A program made the position numbers and the translations under genes. The notes beneath the pieces were generated by a model that did no database searches, was not told where the DNA came from, and was given only the letters and a program-made list of their open reading frames with translations. Of a stretch of DNA of 49,001 bases, positions 47,132 to 49,001 are shown piece by piece. Each line of letters opens with the position of its first letter. The stretch's first letter is position 1. Source of the stretch: Octopus sinensis (taxonomy: Eukaryota); the NCBI RefSeq assembly GCF_006345805.1, contig NW_021836865.1:1-49001 (forward strand). The letters run 5' to 3'.

Positions 47132-48116
47132 CAGAAGGTGAAGTAAAAAAATCATCTGCACTTTCGCCATGACATACCTTTATTATTGTCACACTATGGT
47201 ATTATTGTGCTCTCATGATCAAAGTTTGAGCCTTATCTTGCCATTTTCCTTTCTGACTTTACAGTGTAAGCATGGCCACTCTACTTGCAATGTGCACCAA
47301 AGAAGAACAAAGCACAGTGATCCAATTTCTCTGGTCGTAAGGTGTGGCAGGTGCTGAAATTCATTGGAGGCTTTTGGCACAATTGGTTAATGGTTTCAGT
47401 AGTCTGGGCAGCCATGTGTGGGCACGCATTGTCATGCAACAACAAAAATTTTCTTCGAAAATAGGCTTCGGTGTTTGGTGCAAATTGCTGGCTTCAGTTT
47501 CTTGGCTAGCAAAGCACTGTATCTTACACTGTTGATCATACACCCTTTCTCCAGGTAGTCTTCCAGTATACGCCCTTTTGAGTCCCAAAAAAGGGTTAGC
47601 ATCACTTTTCCCATGGAAGACTAAGTCTTGAATTTCTTCATTGCTGGCAAGCCAGGATGTTTCCACCCCACACTCTGTCTCATAATGACAGACCCACGTT
47701 TCTTCTCCTGTGATAATTCTGCTCAAAATTTCCTCGCCCTCATTGTTGAAGCGATTGAGTAAACGTTGGCAGACCTCAAGTCATTTGCACTTGTGCTCTG
47801 CAGTAAGCTCTGTTGACACCCATTTTGCACAGACTTTATGGAAGCCGAGCTCATTGTGGAAAATTTTCAGCACCTGACATACCTTCCAACTAGAGAAATT
47901 GGATCACTGCCCTTTGTTCTTCTTTGGTGCACATTGCTAGTGGAATGGCCATACTTACACTGTAAAGCCAGAAAGGAAAATGGTGCGATCAGGCTCAAAC
48001 TTTGATCACATGACCACAATAGTACCAACTATAAGCACACATGCACAGAAGGAAATGTGACAATAATAAAGATATATTATGGCGAAAATGCAGATAATTT
48101 TTGACTTCCCCTTGTG
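47132..48116. mobile_element. Rearranged mariner with the 5' end present at both termini
   Basis: Plus strand 47132-47385 encodes MATLLAMCTKEEQ. Minus strand 48116-47390 carries the same 5' end, then HNELGFHKVCAKWV..IITGEETWV..VMLTLFWDSKG. Confidence 0.88.
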
Positions 48117-48144
48117 TGTGTGCGTGTGCACATATGTAAAGGTG

Positions 48145-48290
48145 TGTAGCTTAGAGGTTAGTGTGTTGCACTCACAGTCATCAGATTGTAGGTTCGATTC
48201 CCAGACCAGGTGGTTGTTGTGATGTTGCGTTCTTGAGCAAAACACTTCATTTAATGTTGTTCTTGTGCTGTGCGGGGACTGGCATGTCAA
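48145..48290 (+). mobile_element. SINE family D fragment
   Basis: GTGTGTTGCACTCACAGTC..GGTTCGATTCCCAGACC..TTCTTGAGCAAAACACTTCATTT. Confidence 0.75.
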
Positions 48291-48695
48291 AGAATAAACC
48301 AACATTTCTTCTGTGTGTCATAACAGGCAACTAAGAAAGGTTGAGGCAGCATTTGCACTCTGACCCCATAAAATCCTCACCAGCAATGACTTTCCAAATA
48401 GGTCTATATTATATATATATATACTCATGTATTTATATAGACATACAAGTGAGTGGATAAATGAAAAAAAATGGTGCTTAACACATTTGGTACGAGTAGA
48501 AGTGAGGAGTACATCTTTCTAAAAGCCTGTTGAATTAGGTTTTACACAATGAGCCTACTAAATTGTATGGAGCTGGGTCAAATTTATTAAATGATATATA
48601 TATATAGACAAACACATGTACACACACACACACAATCTCATACACACATGCACGCATGTGTGTGTATATGGTGATGGTATATATACATATATACA

Positions 48696-48931
48696 TAAGG
48701 CGGCAAGCTGGCAGAAGCGTTAGCACACCGGGCGAAATGCTTAGCAGTATTTCGGCTGCCGTTACGTTCTGAGTTCAAACCTCGCCGAGGTCGACTTTGC
48801 CTTTCATCCTTTCGGGGTCGATAAATTAAGTACCAGTTATGCACTGGGGTCGATGTAATCAACTTAATCCGTGTGTCTGTCCTTGTTTGTCCCCTCTGTG
48901 TTTAGCACCTTGTGGGTAGTAAAGAAATAAG
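48696..48931 (+). mobile_element. SINE family B, full length
   Basis: TAAGGCGGCAAGCTGGCAGAAGCGTTAGCAC..GAGTTCAAAC..AAAGAAATAAG. Confidence 0.92.
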
Positions 48932-48949
48932 TATATATACATATTTATA

Positions 48950-49001
<52 letters not shown>

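Overview
This window is AT-rich, repeat-saturated eukaryotic (animal) DNA. The SINE, LINE, mariner and microsatellite content resembles an octopod cephalopod such as Octopus; this rests on my recall of the repeat families, not on a search. I see no intact host protein-coding gene, rRNA, functional tRNA or CRISPR array. Almost all long ORFs in the track are translations of microsatellites. All recognisable coding remnants are transposon-derived: I/Jockey-group, RTE and CR1 LINE fragments, one near-intact 5'-truncated R4/Dong element with a restriction-like endonuclease sitting in (TAA)n, and four mariner remnants. There are also two non-autonomous Helitrons, several MITE-like fold-backs and at least four tRNA-type SINE families, labelled A-D here. 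The best leads are: (1) non-coding modules embedded in (TA)n that occur as tandem and fold-back copies; (2) the (TAA)n-targeted R4/Dong element with an unrelated 308-bp passenger in the same tract; (3) a mariner with its 5' end at both termini; (4) a CpG-rich CCAAT/E2F/YY1 promoter-like island near 16.5 kb, with apparent CpG decay in the right third of the window, hinting at a long intron; (5) SINEs that share a head but differ in tail. None of these is established as a new biological system. Boundaries of degraded elements are approximate, to within tens of bp.
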